64,000 nucleotides of DNA from an uncultured Gemmatimonadales bacterium (GCA_963739455.1 CAVUAK010000001.1:1248001-1312000), one strand, 5' to 3'. Shown: positions 32,858-43,545, counted from the stretch's first letter. The notes: generated from the sequence alone by a model not told the origin. A program made the numbers and translations.

Positions 32858-35203
32858 CTATTGCACGAGCTCGAGCCTTACTTCCTCGATGCCGCGGTTG
32901 AAGGGGAACGCGCCCTTGTGCTCGTACTCGGGTGACACCGGCGAGATGTCATCCCGCCCGACCTGGAACGGCTCCAGGCTCCACCGGAATGTGATGTGCG
33001 GGAGGGTTCCCTCACCTGCCGGCTTGCCATCGATGGTGAGCTTCACCAGGGCAGGCTTGCCGTTCCCGCCCTCGGGGATGATCTCCGCTCCAACCGTTGT
33101 GGCGCCGGCCGGAATCGGGATGGTGGACCGCACGTACGACATGCCGTAGCTGAGCCAGTTCACGGCATAGACCAGCTTGCCATTCACGGCGTAGAGAGCC
33201 CAGCCGCCGAAATCACCGCCGGTACCGACGATGAAGCCGTTGGCCGTCGGACCGGCATCGATGCTGGCGGTGACGGTATGATGCCGGGGCCACACGGCGG
33301 GACCGATCGGTTCCGGCATCCGGGCGCCGTTGCCGTAGGTCCATGAGGTGCGAGGCGTCCCGGCTACGCGATTCGCCGGATCGAGGCGCTCCGAGAAGCG
33401 ATCATCGAGCGGCAGCACATCGTACTTCTTCGCCTCGACCATGAACGCCGCCTGCAGTTCCTTCACCTTCTCCGGATTGCTCGCCGCGAGATCGTTCGCC
33501 TCGGAGAAATCCTCGGTGATGTTGTACAGCTCCCACTTGTCCTGATCGAAATTGGGCGGGCCAGACTTGGCCTGTTCCCAGGGCAGCCGTCCGTGTCGAG
33601 TGGTCGCCACCCAACCGTCCTTGTAGACACCGCGGTTCCCCAGCATCTCGAAGTACTGTACCGTGCGATGACTCGGTGCGCTGGCGGAGTCGAAGGTGTA
33701 GACCAGGCTCAGGCCCTGTATCGGCATCTGCGGAATGCCGTCGACCTCGGACGGCGCGGGAATGCCGGTGGCCTCGAGCACGGTGGGCACGATGTCGATG
33801 ACATGGGAGAACTGCGAACGCATCCCCCCGACGTCCTTGATGCGCGCGGGCCACGAAATGACCATGGGGTTCCGGGTGCCACCGAAGTGTGAGGCCACCT
33901 GCTTGGTCCACTGGAACGGCGAGTCCATGCCCCAGGCCCAGCCAACCGGGACATGCGGCTCGGTCTCGGGCCCGCCGATCTTGTCATACATCTTCTCGAC
34001 GGTGGCCAGGTCGCCGGGGAAGCCGAGCAGGCTCGCTGATTCGTTGGTCGTGCCCTCGAGGCCGCCCTCGGCGCTGGCGCCATTGTCGCCAACGATAAAG
34101 ATGATGAGGGTGTTGTCGAGCTGACCGGTGCGCTCGAGGTCTTTCACCAGCCGCGCAACCTGGTCATCGGTGAAGGCGAGGTAGCCGGCGTAGTTCTCCA
34201 TGAGCCGGGCATACACCCGGCGCGCCGCGGGAGACTGCGTGTCCCAGGCGGGAATCTCCTCCGGTCGAGGCGTGAGCTTCGTGCCGGCGGGGATGATCCC
34301 CATCTTGAGCTGCCGTTCCCACGTCTGCGCGCGCACGCTGTCCCACCCCTGGTCGAACTGGCCGGCAAACTTCTTCCGCCATTCCGGCGCCACCTGGTGC
34401 GGCGCATGGACGCCAGCCGTGGAGTAGTAGACGAACCACGGCTTGGCCGGATCAGCAGCATGCACGTTGTTGATCCAGTTGATCGTCTCGGTCGTCATGT
34501 CGACGCCGAAGTGGTAGCCATGCTCCGGCGTGTCAGGCGGGTTGACCGGCGTCGTATTGCGATAGAGCACCGGGTAGTACTGGCTCGCCTCGCCCTGGTT
34601 GAAGCCGTAGAAGTAGTCGAAGCCGAGCCCGGTGGGCCAGTGATCGAAGGGACCGGACGGGCTGATCTCGTTCTCGGGGGTGTTGTGCCACTTGCCGAAT
34701 GCGCCGCTCACGTAGCCGTGGCCGCTGAGCATCTTCGGCAAGAGGGCGGCCGACTGGGGGATGATCCCGGTGTAACCGGGGAATCCGGTGCCCATCTCGG
34801 TGATGACGCCGTTGCCGACGGAGTGATGATTGCGCCCGGCGAGCAGGGCTGCGCGCGTGGGCGAGCAGAGCGCCGTGGTGTGAAAGGTGTTGTAGCGCAG
34901 CCCATTCTTCGCCAGGCCGTCGAGAGTCGGGGTCGGGACGGGTCCGCCGAAGGTGCCGGCCATGCCAAACCCGACGTCGTCGAGCAGGATGAGCAGGACG
35001 TTTGGCGCGCCGGCCGGTGGCTTCACCGGCTGCGGGTAGCTCGCCTTCGAGTCCTGGTAGGTCTCGCCGATGGTGCCGGTGAATGCGGGGTCGGGCCTGG
35101 GAATGCCGGTTGCGGAGGTGGCGGCATCACTGGCGGGACGCTCGGGGGCGGGAGTGCACGCGGACAGAGCCAGCAATACCAACAACCCTGAGCGGATCTT
35201 CAT
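32858..35203 (-). CDS. Arylsulfatase lipoprotein (Cys-type)
   Basis: Lipobox LSAC, PNVLLILLDDVG, LCSPTRAALL, GKWH, GDNG. Confidence 0.93.
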   Translation of the reverse strand: MKIRSGLLVLLALSACTPAPERPASDAATSATGIPRPDPAFTGTIGETYQDSKASYPQPVKPPAGAPNVLLILLDDVGFGMAGTFGGPVPTPTLDGLAKNGLRYNTFHTTALCSPTRAALLAGRNHHSVGNGVITEMGTGFPGYTGIIPQSAALLPKMLSGHGYVSGAFGKWHNTPENEISPSGPFDHWPTGLGFDYFYGFNQGEASQYYPVLYRNTTPVNPPDTPEHGYHFGVDMTTETINWINNVHAADPAKPWFVYYSTAGVHAPHQVAPEWRKKFAGQFDQGWDSVRAQTWERQLKMGIIPAGTKLTPRPEEIPAWDTQSPAARRVYARLMENYAGYLAFTDDQVARLVKDLERTGQLDNTLIIFIVGDNGASAEGGLEGTTNESASLLGFPGDLATVEKMYDKIGGPETEPHVPVGWAWGMDSPFQWTKQVASHFGGTRNPMVISWPARIKDVGGMRSQFSHVIDIVPTVLEATGIPAPSEVDGIPQMPIQGLSLVYTFDSASAPSHRTVQYFEMLGNRGVYKDGWVATTRHGRLPWEQAKSGPPNFDQDKWELYNITEDFSEANDLAASNPEKVKELQAAFMVEAKKYDVLPLDDRFSERLDPANRVAGTPRTSWTYGNGARMPEPIGPAVWPRHHTVTASIDAGPTANGFIVGTGGDFGGWALYAVNGKLVYAVNWLSYGMSYVRSTIPIPAGATTVGAEIIPEGGNGKPALVKLTIDGKPAGEGTLPHITFRWSLEPFQVGRDDISPVSPEYEHKGAFPFNRGIEEVRLELVQ

Positions 35204-35241
35204 TTTGGACCTTTCGGGTGGCCTTACAGGGACCCCCACGT

Positions 35242-35946
35242 CTACAGCTTGCGAACCCGGATGTCTCTAAAGCTGACCGCATTGCCATGATCCTGCAGTG
35301 CAATGTGCCCCTTCTTGCTCATGCCATAGCCCGGCCACTGCTTGAACTTGGATGACAGGACCCGTGCCCTCCACTCCGGGCTCCAGAGCTCGTACTCCAC
35401 CACCTTCACGCCGTTCAACCAGTGCTCCACGTGCGCGCCATTCGCGATGATGCGGATGTCATTCCACTCGCCTGCCGGCTTCACGATGCCTGCCGGTGCG
35501 GGATAGAGACCAAAATCGCTGCCCGCCGCAGTGAGGCGCGACTTGCCGTCGGGATGGCCGGCATCGTCGAGCACCTGCATCTCGGGTCCACTCTCGTAAG
35601 GCGCGTCATACGCCTCCGACACGCGATACATGATGCCGCTGTTGCCATCCTTCGCGATGCGCCACTGCAGGCGCAGCTCGAAGTTCCCGTATTCCTCGCG
35701 GGTGACGATGTCGCCGCCGCTCGGCTCCCCGTTCCCGCCGGAGAGGCCGAGTGTGCCGTCCACGACAGTCCACTCGGTCGGCAGCGTCTTCTGGCGATAG
35801 CCCCGCCAGTCACTGGCCGTCTGGCCGTCGAAGAGGAGCTTGAACCCGGCAGCCTTCTCCTCTGCGGAGAGGGTGTTGGGTGCCTGCGCCGCTGCCGCCG
35901 AGCTGACGAGGACCGTGAACGCGAGTGCGAGGTGGTGGGGCTTCAT
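35242..35946 (-). CDS. DUF1080 / 3-keto-disaccharide hydrolase family protein
   Basis: LLFDG..WRGY, GNSGIMY, EMQVLDD, GEWN, GHIALQDHG, FRDIRVR. Confidence 0.92.
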   Translation of the reverse strand: MKPHHLALAFTVLVSSAAAAQAPNTLSAEEKAAGFKLLFDGQTASDWRGYRQKTLPTEWTVVDGTLGLSGGNGEPSGGDIVTREEYGNFELRLQWRIAKDGNSGIMYRVSEAYDAPYESGPEMQVLDDAGHPDGKSRLTAAGSDFGLYPAPAGIVKPAGEWNDIRIIANGAHVEHWLNGVKVVEYELWSPEWRARVLSSKFKQWPGYGMSKKGHIALQDHGNAVSFRDIRVRKL

Positions 35947-36049
35947 CTCTAGGTGTCCTGTTGGACGGAATGGATGGCGAAAGGTAACATCAGGACAGCG
36001 CGGGGAATGCCGCGCGGTGGGTGACGCAGCACGATGAGAGGAACCACCA

Positions 36050-37156
36050 ATGGGCGACCTCGAGCGGATCCAGACGATCATCATCGGCGCCGGGCAGGCA
36101 GGGCTCTCCACCGGGTATCACCTCGCACAGCAGGGCCTGCCATTCCTGATCCTCGATGCCAACCCGCGCGTGGGCGACGCCTGGCGGAAGCGCTGGGATT
36201 CGCTCAAGCTCTTCACCCCGGCCCGATACGACGGGCTCGATGGCATGCCCCAGCCTGGTGACCAGGACACGTTCATCACCAAGGATGACATGGGAGCATA
36301 CCTCGAGTCGTATGTGGCTCGATTCAACCTTCCGGTGGTCTGTGGTGCTCGAGTCGAGAACCTCCGGCGTGAAGGCGACCGCTTCCGAATTTCGGCGGGA
36401 GGCCGGGAGTACGAGGCCGACCAGGTGGTGGTGGCGATGGCGACCTACCAGGAGCCAAGAGTGCCCGTCTTCGCCCGTGAGTTGCGAAGCGACATCTTCC
36501 AGATGCACTCGAGCGCCTACCGGAACTCATCGCAACTCAAGGATGGGCCGGTGCTGATCGTCGGCGCCGGCAATTCGGGGGCGGAGATCGCGCTTGAAAC
36601 GGTCAAGACGCGGTCCACACTGCTTTCGGGCCGGAACACCGGCCACATCCCGTGGCGGCTTGACGGAATGGCGCAGAAGATCGGGCTGGTACATGTCATT
36701 TTCCGCGTGCTGTTCCACCGGATCCTCACCCGGGACACCTTCGTGGGGAGGAAGGCCCAACCCAGGATTACGTCGAAGGGGACGCCCCTGATCCGCATCA
36801 GGCCGAACGAGCTGGAGCGGGCTGGTGTGAGGCGCGTCGCCCGGGTGGCAGGAATCGAGAATGGCCGGCCGAAGCTCGAGGATGGCACGGTCGTCGACGT
36901 GGCTAACGTGATCTGGTGCACCGGGTATCACCCCGGTTTCTCCTGGATCCATCTTCAAGGCGTCCATGGGGATGAGCCGGTGCAGCAGCGCGGCGTCGCG
37001 CAGGATGCACCGGGCCTCTACTTCGTCGGGCTGGAATTCCTCTATGCGATGTCGTCCACAATGATCCACGGGGTGGGACGGGACGCCGAGTATGTGGCGA
37101 ATGCGATTGCGGAGCGAGTCCGGAAACAGTCCGGTCCGCGCCTGCAGGTGGCATAG
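36050..37156 (+). CDS. Flavin-containing monooxygenase-like FAD/NAD(P) oxidoreductase
   Basis: IGAGQAGL, WDSLKLFTP, HSSAYRN, VGAGNSG, WCTG. Confidence 0.85.
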   Translation: MGDLERIQTIIIGAGQAGLSTGYHLAQQGLPFLILDANPRVGDAWRKRWDSLKLFTPARYDGLDGMPQPGDQDTFITKDDMGAYLESYVARFNLPVVCGARVENLRREGDRFRISAGGREYEADQVVVAMATYQEPRVPVFARELRSDIFQMHSSAYRNSSQLKDGPVLIVGAGNSGAEIALETVKTRSTLLSGRNTGHIPWRLDGMAQKIGLVHVIFRVLFHRILTRDTFVGRKAQPRITSKGTPLIRIRPNELERAGVRRVARVAGIENGRPKLEDGTVVDVANVIWCTGYHPGFSWIHLQGVHGDEPVQQRGVAQDAPGLYFVGLEFLYAMSSTMIHGVGRDAEYVANAIAERVRKQSGPRLQVA

Positions 37157-37162
37157 GACGCC

Positions 37163-37792
37163 CTAGAACGAGGCGCCCACGGACAGCACGATGGTGGGTG
37201 TCTCGTCGGGGTTGAAGAGATACACGCCGGTGTCGAACCACTTGTAGGTGGCGCTGGCAAAGAAGCCGCGCTCGATGTCGCGTCCCGTGTCGAACAGCCG
37301 GGTGCGCTGCACCACGCCTCCGAGCTGGAGCCAGTGCACCGGAAAGATCCCGAGCTGTGACCAGTTGTAGAAGAAATTCTCGGGTTCGTCGCCCAGGTCG
37401 ATGACGTACTCGCTCTGGCTCGAGAGCTCGAGCTTCCACCATGTCATGGTCAGTTCACCGCCAGGCGCCACTCCGTTGAGTTCCCCGAACACGACGCCGA
37501 ACATCGGTGTAAAGTCGAGCGTCACCTTGCTTCCCACGCCCAGGTTGTAGCCGACCCAGAGGGAAGCGGTGTGCACGTGCTCGTAGTTGTAGCGAGCCTC
37601 GAGGTGCAGCCAGTGACGGTCGGCGGTGACGGTGGGTTGGAGGAAGTCGGGGCTGTCGGGCACGAGATACCCGTACACAGATGCGGTGAACGCCCACGCA
37701 TGGGTGCCAGTCGAGTCCTGGGCCCGGGCAACCGGCGGCAGGAGCCAGGCGGCAAGCAGCGTCATGACCAGCGGTCGCAGGGGGTCCCGCAT
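37163..37792 (-). CDS. Hypothetical outer-membrane protein
   Basis: Signal peptide, beta-strand pattern, C-terminal GASF. Confidence 0.65.
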   Translation of the reverse strand: MRDPLRPLVMTLLAAWLLPPVARAQDSTGTHAWAFTASVYGYLVPDSPDFLQPTVTADRHWLHLEARYNYEHVHTASLWVGYNLGVGSKVTLDFTPMFGVVFGELNGVAPGGELTMTWWKLELSSQSEYVIDLGDEPENFFYNWSQLGIFPVHWLQLGGVVQRTRLFDTGRDIERGFFASATYKWFDTGVYLFNPDETPTIVLSVGASF

Positions 37793-37852
37793 TTCCCGGA
37801 TGTCCTCGTGGTTGCTTGGCGCCTTATCTTACCCCGGAAAGGAGATCCATTC

Positions 37853-38299
37853 ATGCTCAATGCTGCGTTGTTGCTGCTGGGCGTCCTGTCCACGGATGCC
37901 GACTCGGTACTCAAGCGGGGCAAGACCGTTCCCGCCACTCCCACTGCGACGATCGACGCCATCCTGTCCGACCCAGGCAAGTTTCCCGGCACCGAAGTGG
38001 TGGTGATCGACGGGATGGTGATCAAGTCATGCACCGCGATGGGCTGCTGGATGCAGTTGGCTGACTCGGCGGGCGGGAAGGGCGTGCATGTGGACTTCCA
38101 CGATGCGGGGTTCGTCATTCCGCTGGGTGCGTCGGGCATGAAGGCTCGGGCCATGGGGACGGTATCGGTGACGGTGCTCAAGCCCGAAGAGGTTGCCGAA
38201 GCAGAAGGCACGGGGTCGGCGGTGGCGAAGAACGCAAAGGGGGAGCCGATCGAGGTGGGGCTCACCGCGTCTGGAGTGGAGTTGTATTACACGGACTGA
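37853..38299 (+). CDS. DUF4920-like exported protein
   Basis: GGAG RBS; C-x3-GCWM motif and F..F.IP pattern. Confidence 0.7.
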   Translation: MLNAALLLLGVLSTDADSVLKRGKTVPATPTATIDAILSDPGKFPGTEVVVIDGMVIKSCTAMGCWMQLADSAGGKGVHVDFHDAGFVIPLGASGMKARAMGTVSVTVLKPEEVAEAEGTGSAVAKNAKGEPIEVGLTASGVELYYTD

Positions 38300-38358
38300 A
38301 CTGCGGGAACAGGGAACAGGCGGGAAGAGGGAAGAGGTGAAGAGGGAAGGCGTCGCGC

Positions 38359-38402
38359 TTGACAGTCACACTATAGTCACATATATTAGTCACACTATAG
38401 TG
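38359..38402 (+). promoter_or_regulatory. TA promoter/operator
   Basis: TTGACA at 38359; direct repeat AGTCACACTATAGT x2 containing the ACTATAGT palindrome. Confidence 0.7.
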
Positions 38403-38440
38403 CCATGTCATTATAAATCAGCAACTTAGGAAAGCTCAAG

Positions 38441-38674
38441 ATGAGCGTTCTCGTGAGCAGCGTTCGATCGCAGGGTGCCTCGGTGGTCACCACGCTGCCC
38501 GCCGAGGTGGCTCGGCGCCTGGGACTGACGGCGGGTCAGGAACTCGAGTGGATCGAAGACGGCCTGGGTGGGTTCCGCGTGGTGCCTCATTCGGCCGAGA
38601 CGGCTGAGGCGCTCGAGGCGCATGCGAAGATCATGACTGAGTACGACAGCGTGTTCCGTGCGCTGGCGAAGTGA
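38441..38674 (+). CDS. AbrB/MazE-family antitoxin
   Basis: QGASVVTTLPAEVARRLGL.AGQ; C-terminal YDSVFRALAK typical of Doc-linked antidotes. Confidence 0.85.
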   Translation: MSVLVSSVRSQGASVVTTLPAEVARRLGLTAGQELEWIEDGLGGFRVVPHSAETAEALEAHAKIMTEYDSVFRALAK

Positions 38675-39096
38675 GCGCGCGAAAGCTTCCGCAGGAACCT
38701 CGCTGGATTTCGGAGTCGACACTGCTGGCGATGCACGCGCAGCAGGTCGAGCGGTTTGGTGGAGCTCACGGAGTCATTGACGCCAACATCGTGCTCTCCG
38801 CCCTCGCGCGCCCGATTCATCGCTGGCACTACGACGAGAGCGCCGACCTGGCCGATCTCGCTGCGGCATACCTGGTCGGGTTTGGGCGGTCACAGGGATT
38901 TCGTGACGGCAACAAGCGGACTGGGCTGTCCTGCGCACTTGTCTTTCTCTCGCTTAACGCCGCTGCGCTGCACGTCCCAGCGGGAGAGATCTACATCTTG
39001 TGCATGAAGGTGGCGAACAACGAGGCTGATGATGCTCAGGTGACGAGCTACATCAGGTCGCGGCTGAGCCGTACGTCCTTATCTTCCGGCGCATGA
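38671..39096 (+). CDS. doc: Doc/Fic-family toxin
   Basis: SALARP, LAAAY, QGFRDGNKRT (His position is Gln). Confidence 0.85.
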   Translation: MSARKLPQEPRWISESTLLAMHAQQVERFGGAHGVIDANIVLSALARPIHRWHYDESADLADLAAAYLVGFGRSQGFRDGNKRTGLSCALVFLSLNAAALHVPAGEIYILCMKVANNEADDAQVTSYIRSRLSRTSLSSGA

Positions 39097-40582
39097 CCAC
39101 TCGCCGCCGGCTCATGCTGCTGGGTGCCGCCCTCCTGGGCGGCACCCTTTTCTACTTCGGCTCCTTCGCGTTCGACTACGGTGCGCCGTTCCGGAAGCGC
39201 GATCCGCTCGTAGCGACGGACAATGCGCGGCTCGATCCAGCTCGCGTGGTGGCGGTGAACCGGCTGGAGACTGTCGAGGCGCTGCAGGCGGCGCTCGCAG
39301 ATGCGCGAGCCAAGGGGCTCAAGGTGTCGATGGCGGGAAGCCATCACAGCCAGGGTGGCCAGACGTACACCGCGGGCGGGGTGCAGTTCGACATGCGCGG
39401 GTTCAAGAAGGTGCTGGCGATCGACACCGTGGCGCAGACGATCACGGTGGAGAGCGGGGCCACCTGGGACGAGGTGCAGCGGGCGCTGGCGCCGGTGGGT
39501 CTCGCGATCAAGGTGATGCAGTCGTCGAACATCTTCACCGTCGGCGGCACGATGAGCGCCAACGCCCACGGCCGCGACCTCGACGTGATGCAGATGGTGT
39601 CGGTGGTGCAGCGCTTCCACCTGCTGCTGGCAGACGGCAGCGTGGTGGAGGTGAGCCGGACGGAGAACCCGGAGCTGTTCTCGCTGGTGATCGGCGGGTA
39701 CGGGATGTACGGCGTCATCCTGGACGTGACACTCAAGGTGACGAGGGACGAGCTGTACGAGCAGCGCGCGGTGTCGATGGACTACAAGGACTTCCCGGCG
39801 TACTTCACCGACAGCGTGAAGAGCGACACCGGCGTGGTGTTCATGCTGGTGCGGCCGTCGATCGATCCCGACCCGGACAAGTTCCTGCGGGAGATGGTGG
39901 TGGTGACGTGGCGCCGGGCGCCGGCGGGAACGCCGGGTAGCTTTGCGCTCACCGAGGAAGCCAACGTCGTCCGCGACCGGTTCTTCCTGGGCATCTCGCG
40001 GAAGTTCGACTGGGCCAAGAAGCTGCGCTGGTACCTGCAGAAGAAGGTGGAGCTGGGGGCGGGTGAGCAGCGGATCGTGTCGCGGAACAACGCGATGCGG
40101 CCGCCGCTGGCACCGCTCGAGCTGCTCCGCTACCAGTCGGGCAAGGACACCGACATCCTGAACGAGTACTATGTGCCGATGCAGCACTTCGTGGCGTTCA
40201 TGGACAAGTTCCGGCAGATCCTGCTGGACAACGACATGAACGTGATGAGCTCGACGGTGCGGTACGTGAGCCCGAACGACACGCCGGTGCTGGCATACGC
40301 CCCCACGGAGCCGGTGTTCGCCATCATCCAGATGAGCAACGTGGGGCTCGACTCGGCGAGCCAGGCGAAGACGGCCGACGTGACGCGGCAACTGGTGGAT
40401 GCGGCGATCGAGTATGGCGGGACGTACTACCTGACGTACCAGCTCTATCCGACACCGGCGCAGCTGCTCAAGGCGTATCCGCGCGTCGCGTGAGGCGTTT
40501 GCGCGGAAGCGGTTCTACGATCCGCGGCGAGGTCTTCAGCAGCAAGTTTTATGAGAGGTACGGGCATGCCGAAGCACAATGA
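39093..40582 (+). CDS. FAD-binding (FAD_binding_4) oxidoreductase (indel near 40490)
   Basis: GSHHSQGGQ, VESGATW, TVGGTMSANAHG, GGYGMYGVI, GGTYYLTY. Confidence 0.85.
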
Positions 40583-41519
40583 CTGGGGAAGGGCGGGGAT
40601 GGCGGGGAGGGCGGGGAGGGCGGGGAGGCTACGGGCTTGTCCTGCTCCTCGTGCTTGCTGGTGCCGGTGCCTTCTGGCTGTTCGGCTATGAGCCGGCGTA
40701 CTGCGGGCACGCTGGTCGCGAAGCCGGCGCAGACGCTGGTGTTCGCGCATCGCGGGTTCGGGGACCTGGCGCCCGACAACAGCCTGTACGCGGTCGAGAA
40801 GGCGATGGCGGCGGGGATGGACGGCGTGGACGTGGACGGCCAGTTCACCCGCGACAGCCAGCTGGTGATTTTTCATGACCTGAGCGTGGACCGGCTCACG
40901 TCGGACACGGGACGAGTCACGGGGAAGACGCTGAGCGAGATGCTGGCGCTCGACCTTGGGCCCAAGTTCGACACCGCATTGACGGGTGCCAACGTCCACA
41001 CCTTCGAGGATTTCGTCGTAGCCACGCAAGGGCAAGGGCATCCTGATGGTCGAGCTCAAGGTGCCGAGTGCGAAGCGGAGCGGTATCGAGGAGCGGGCGG
41101 TCGAGATCATCCGGAAGCACGGCGCGGAGAAGGATGTGGTGCTGAGCTCGTTCAATCCGCTGGTGCTGTGGCGGCTCAAGAAGATCGACCCGAATATCCG
41201 CACCGCGCTGATCTTCATGGACACCAACTGGAACCCGGAGCTGGTGGCGGAGATCAAGAAGGGTGATGAAGTGGACCTGCCCTGGGCGCTGCGGCAGGAG
41301 TGGATCCGGCGGGGCATCCGGAAGCTGGTGAAGCCGGACCTGCTGAGCGTGAACGTGGCGGTGGACACGGCGGTGACGCGGCGGCTGATCGCGAAGGGGT
41401 GGCCGGTGTTCCTCTGGACGCCGGATGAATCGGCGGACATCCAGGCGGCGCTGGACAAGCATCCGTACGGGGTGATCTCGAACGAGCCGGTGCGGGCGAA
41501 GGAGTTGCGGGGGCAGTAG
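40579..41519 (+). CDS. Glycerophosphodiester phosphodiesterase family (two indels)
   Basis: AHRG..PDNS, DVD.Q.TRD..IFHD, VELK, SSFN, WT.D. Confidence 0.82.
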
Positions 41520-41723
41520 CTATCGCTGGGGTTCGGAAAACCGAAGGCAGTCCCTCAGCTCCTCATCGGTCGCGTCGTCGAAGCTGCCGCGGAGCTTTCC
41601 CTTCCTGAGGCCGTGCATGGGGGAGCTGAAGGTGACGGTGGTCCAGCCGGACCGGGCCGCGGTTCGCCCGCTGAGGACCCAGGCCTCCCAAGTGTGGTCG
41701 GAGTCGTCAGTTACGTGTCGCAT
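41520..41723 (-). CDS. Small hypothetical protein
   Basis: 67-aa ORF with plausible RBS (MRHVTDDSDHTWEAW...DEELRDCL). Confidence 0.5.
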   Translation of the reverse strand: MRHVTDDSDHTWEAWVLSGRTAARSGWTTVTFSSPMHGLRKGKLRGSFDDATDEELRDCLRFSEPQR

Positions 41724-41787
41724 GGCACCCTGTCTTGCCGGGGGTAGAGGCGGTAGGTAGCTTACCCCGCCCAGAGCTGGAAATATC

Positions 41788-41860
41788 TGCCCCTTGGTGT
41801 AACTGGCAACACGCCTCACTCTGGATGAGGAGAGTCCTGGTTCGATCCCAGGAGGGGCAA
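41788..41860 (+). tRNA. tRNA-Gln(CTG), CCA not encoded
   Basis: TGCCCCT/AGGGGCA acceptor stem; CCTCA-CTCTGGA-TGAGG anticodon arm; GGTTCGATCC. Confidence 0.96.
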
Positions 41861-41864
41861 TACG

Positions 41865-41897
41865 AAGGGCGACCGTCAATCGACGGTCGCCCTTTCT
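41865..41897 (+). terminator. Terminator hairpin after tRNA-Gln
   Basis: AAGGGCGACCGTC-AATC-GACGGTCGCCCTTT. Confidence 0.8.
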
Positions 41898-41964
41898 CGT
41901 TTCAGGCGGCGGACGTGCCGCCGCCCTTGCGCCCGAGTCGCCTTTGCCGTATGATGGTCGTCAT

Positions 41965-42558
41965 ATGAAAGCCACCGCCCCGAGGAAACCTGCCCCCAGC
42001 CGCAAGGAAGCGACGCACGAGCGCATCGTGCACACCGCCGCCCGCGCCGTCCGGCGCGGCGGCTACGACGGCGCCGGCGTGGCCGAGATCATGAAGGAGG
42101 CCGGGCTTACGCACGGCGGCTTCTACGCCCACTTCGATTCGCGCGAGGCGATGCTGGCCGAGGCGGCCGACCGGGCGGGTGCCGACGGGATGGCCGTGAT
42201 GGCACGGATGGCTGCCGCGGCACCGCCCAGGAAGGCGCTCGAAGCGATGCTCCGCGCCTATCTCTCGAAGGAGCATGTGGAAGGCGTCGAGACGGGGTGC
42301 GCGGTCGCCGCGCTGGGCTCGGAGTTGCCGCGCCAGTCGCCCAAGGTGCGGCGGGCCGCGACCCGCCGCATCAAGGAGATGATCGACCTGGTCGCCCGCC
42401 AGTCGCCCGACTGGGGGCAGCCGGGCGCGCACGAGCGGGCGCTCGTCACCATGGCGACCGCACTTGGCGCGCTGGTCGTGGCGCGTGCCGTGGACGACCC
42501 CAAGCTCGCGAGCGCGATGCGCGAGGCGGCGCTGAAGCACCTCATCCCGACAGGCTGA
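41965..42558 (+). CDS. TetR-family regulator
   Basis: GVAEIMKEAGLTHGGFYAHFDSRE HTH; GC motif. Confidence 0.93.
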   Translation: MKATAPRKPAPSRKEATHERIVHTAARAVRRGGYDGAGVAEIMKEAGLTHGGFYAHFDSREAMLAEAADRAGADGMAVMARMAAAAPPRKALEAMLRAYLSKEHVEGVETGCAVAALGSELPRQSPKVRRAATRRIKEMIDLVARQSPDWGQPGAHERALVTMATALGALVVARAVDDPKLASAMREAALKHLIPTG

Positions 42559-42597
42559 TACACCATGCACCCCTGCCTGGTCCGGGCTTGTCACAGA

Positions 42598-42615
42598 ATA
42601 TGATGACCATCATAT
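42598..42615. promoter_or_regulatory. TetR operator palindrome (second copy at 41950-41965)
   Basis: ATATGATG-AC-CATCATAT; TATGATG-GT-CGTCATA at the tetR start. Confidence 0.8.
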
Positions 42616-42654
42616 AGACAATGCGTTGTGACCTCAATGGAAAGCGAGCACGGT

Positions 42655-43485
42655 ATGTCAGGCGATCAGGAGCAGCAGGTTCGGCCCGTGGCGATCGTGA
42701 CGGGAGCAGCCGGCAGGGATCGGGGGGGCGACCGCGCGGGCACTTCACGCTGCCGGCTATCGGGTGTTCGGCACCTCTCGGAAGCCGTCGGCAACGAGGG
42801 CGCCGGGTATCGAGTACCTGACGTGCGACGTGACCAGCGACGATTCGGTGCAGGCCGCGGTCGGTGCCGTGCTGTCACAGGCGGGCCGAGTCGATGTCCT
42901 CGTCAACAACGCAGGGGTGGGATTGGTCGGTGGGGCGGAGGAGTCATCACTGGAGCAGGCGAAGTCCCTGTTCGACGTCAACCTGTTCGGCGTGATTCGC
43001 ATGACCAAGGCAGTCCTGCCAGCCATGCGCAAGCAGGGAGCGGGGCGGATCGTCAACATCAGCTCGGTCATGGGCCTGATCCCGGCGCCATTCATGGCCC
43101 TGTATGGCGCCAGCAAGCACGCCCTGGAAGGCTATTCCGAGTCGCTGGACCACGAGGTCAGGAGCTCCGGGGTGAGAGTGGTGCTGGTCGAGCCGGCCTA
43201 CACGCGGACGTCCTTCGACGGCAATGCCTACCAGGCCGACCAGCAGCTCGACGTTTATCAATCCGCACGAACGAAGCGCGGAGGGAGTCCTGCGGGACGA
43301 GATGACGACTGCCGACGCGCCCGAGCTGGTCGCGAGCGTTGTCGTGAAGGCTGCAACCGACGCCAACCCGCGCCGGCCGCTACACCGCGGGCCGGATGGC
43401 CCGACAGGTCAGCCTGCTTCGGCGCTTCGTTCCTGCGTCGGCGTTCGACAAGAGCCTGCGGAAGCAGATGCGCCTGCCCGCATAG
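42655..43485 (+). CDS. Short-chain dehydrogenase/reductase (several indels)
   Basis: VAIVTGA, DVLVNNAG, NISS, YGASK. Confidence 0.85.
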
Positions 43486-43545
43486 CTGCGGTCCGGAGGG
43501 GCAATACGGAAGGCGACCCTCACGATGACGGTCGCCTTTAGCTTC

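Larger units (their letters stand above)
41851..43540. mobile_element. Small integrative islet at tRNA-Gln (TetR + SDR), no integrase
   Basis: GGAGGGGCAATACG at 41851-41864 and 43495-43508, each followed by a similar terminator hairpin. Confidence 0.6.
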
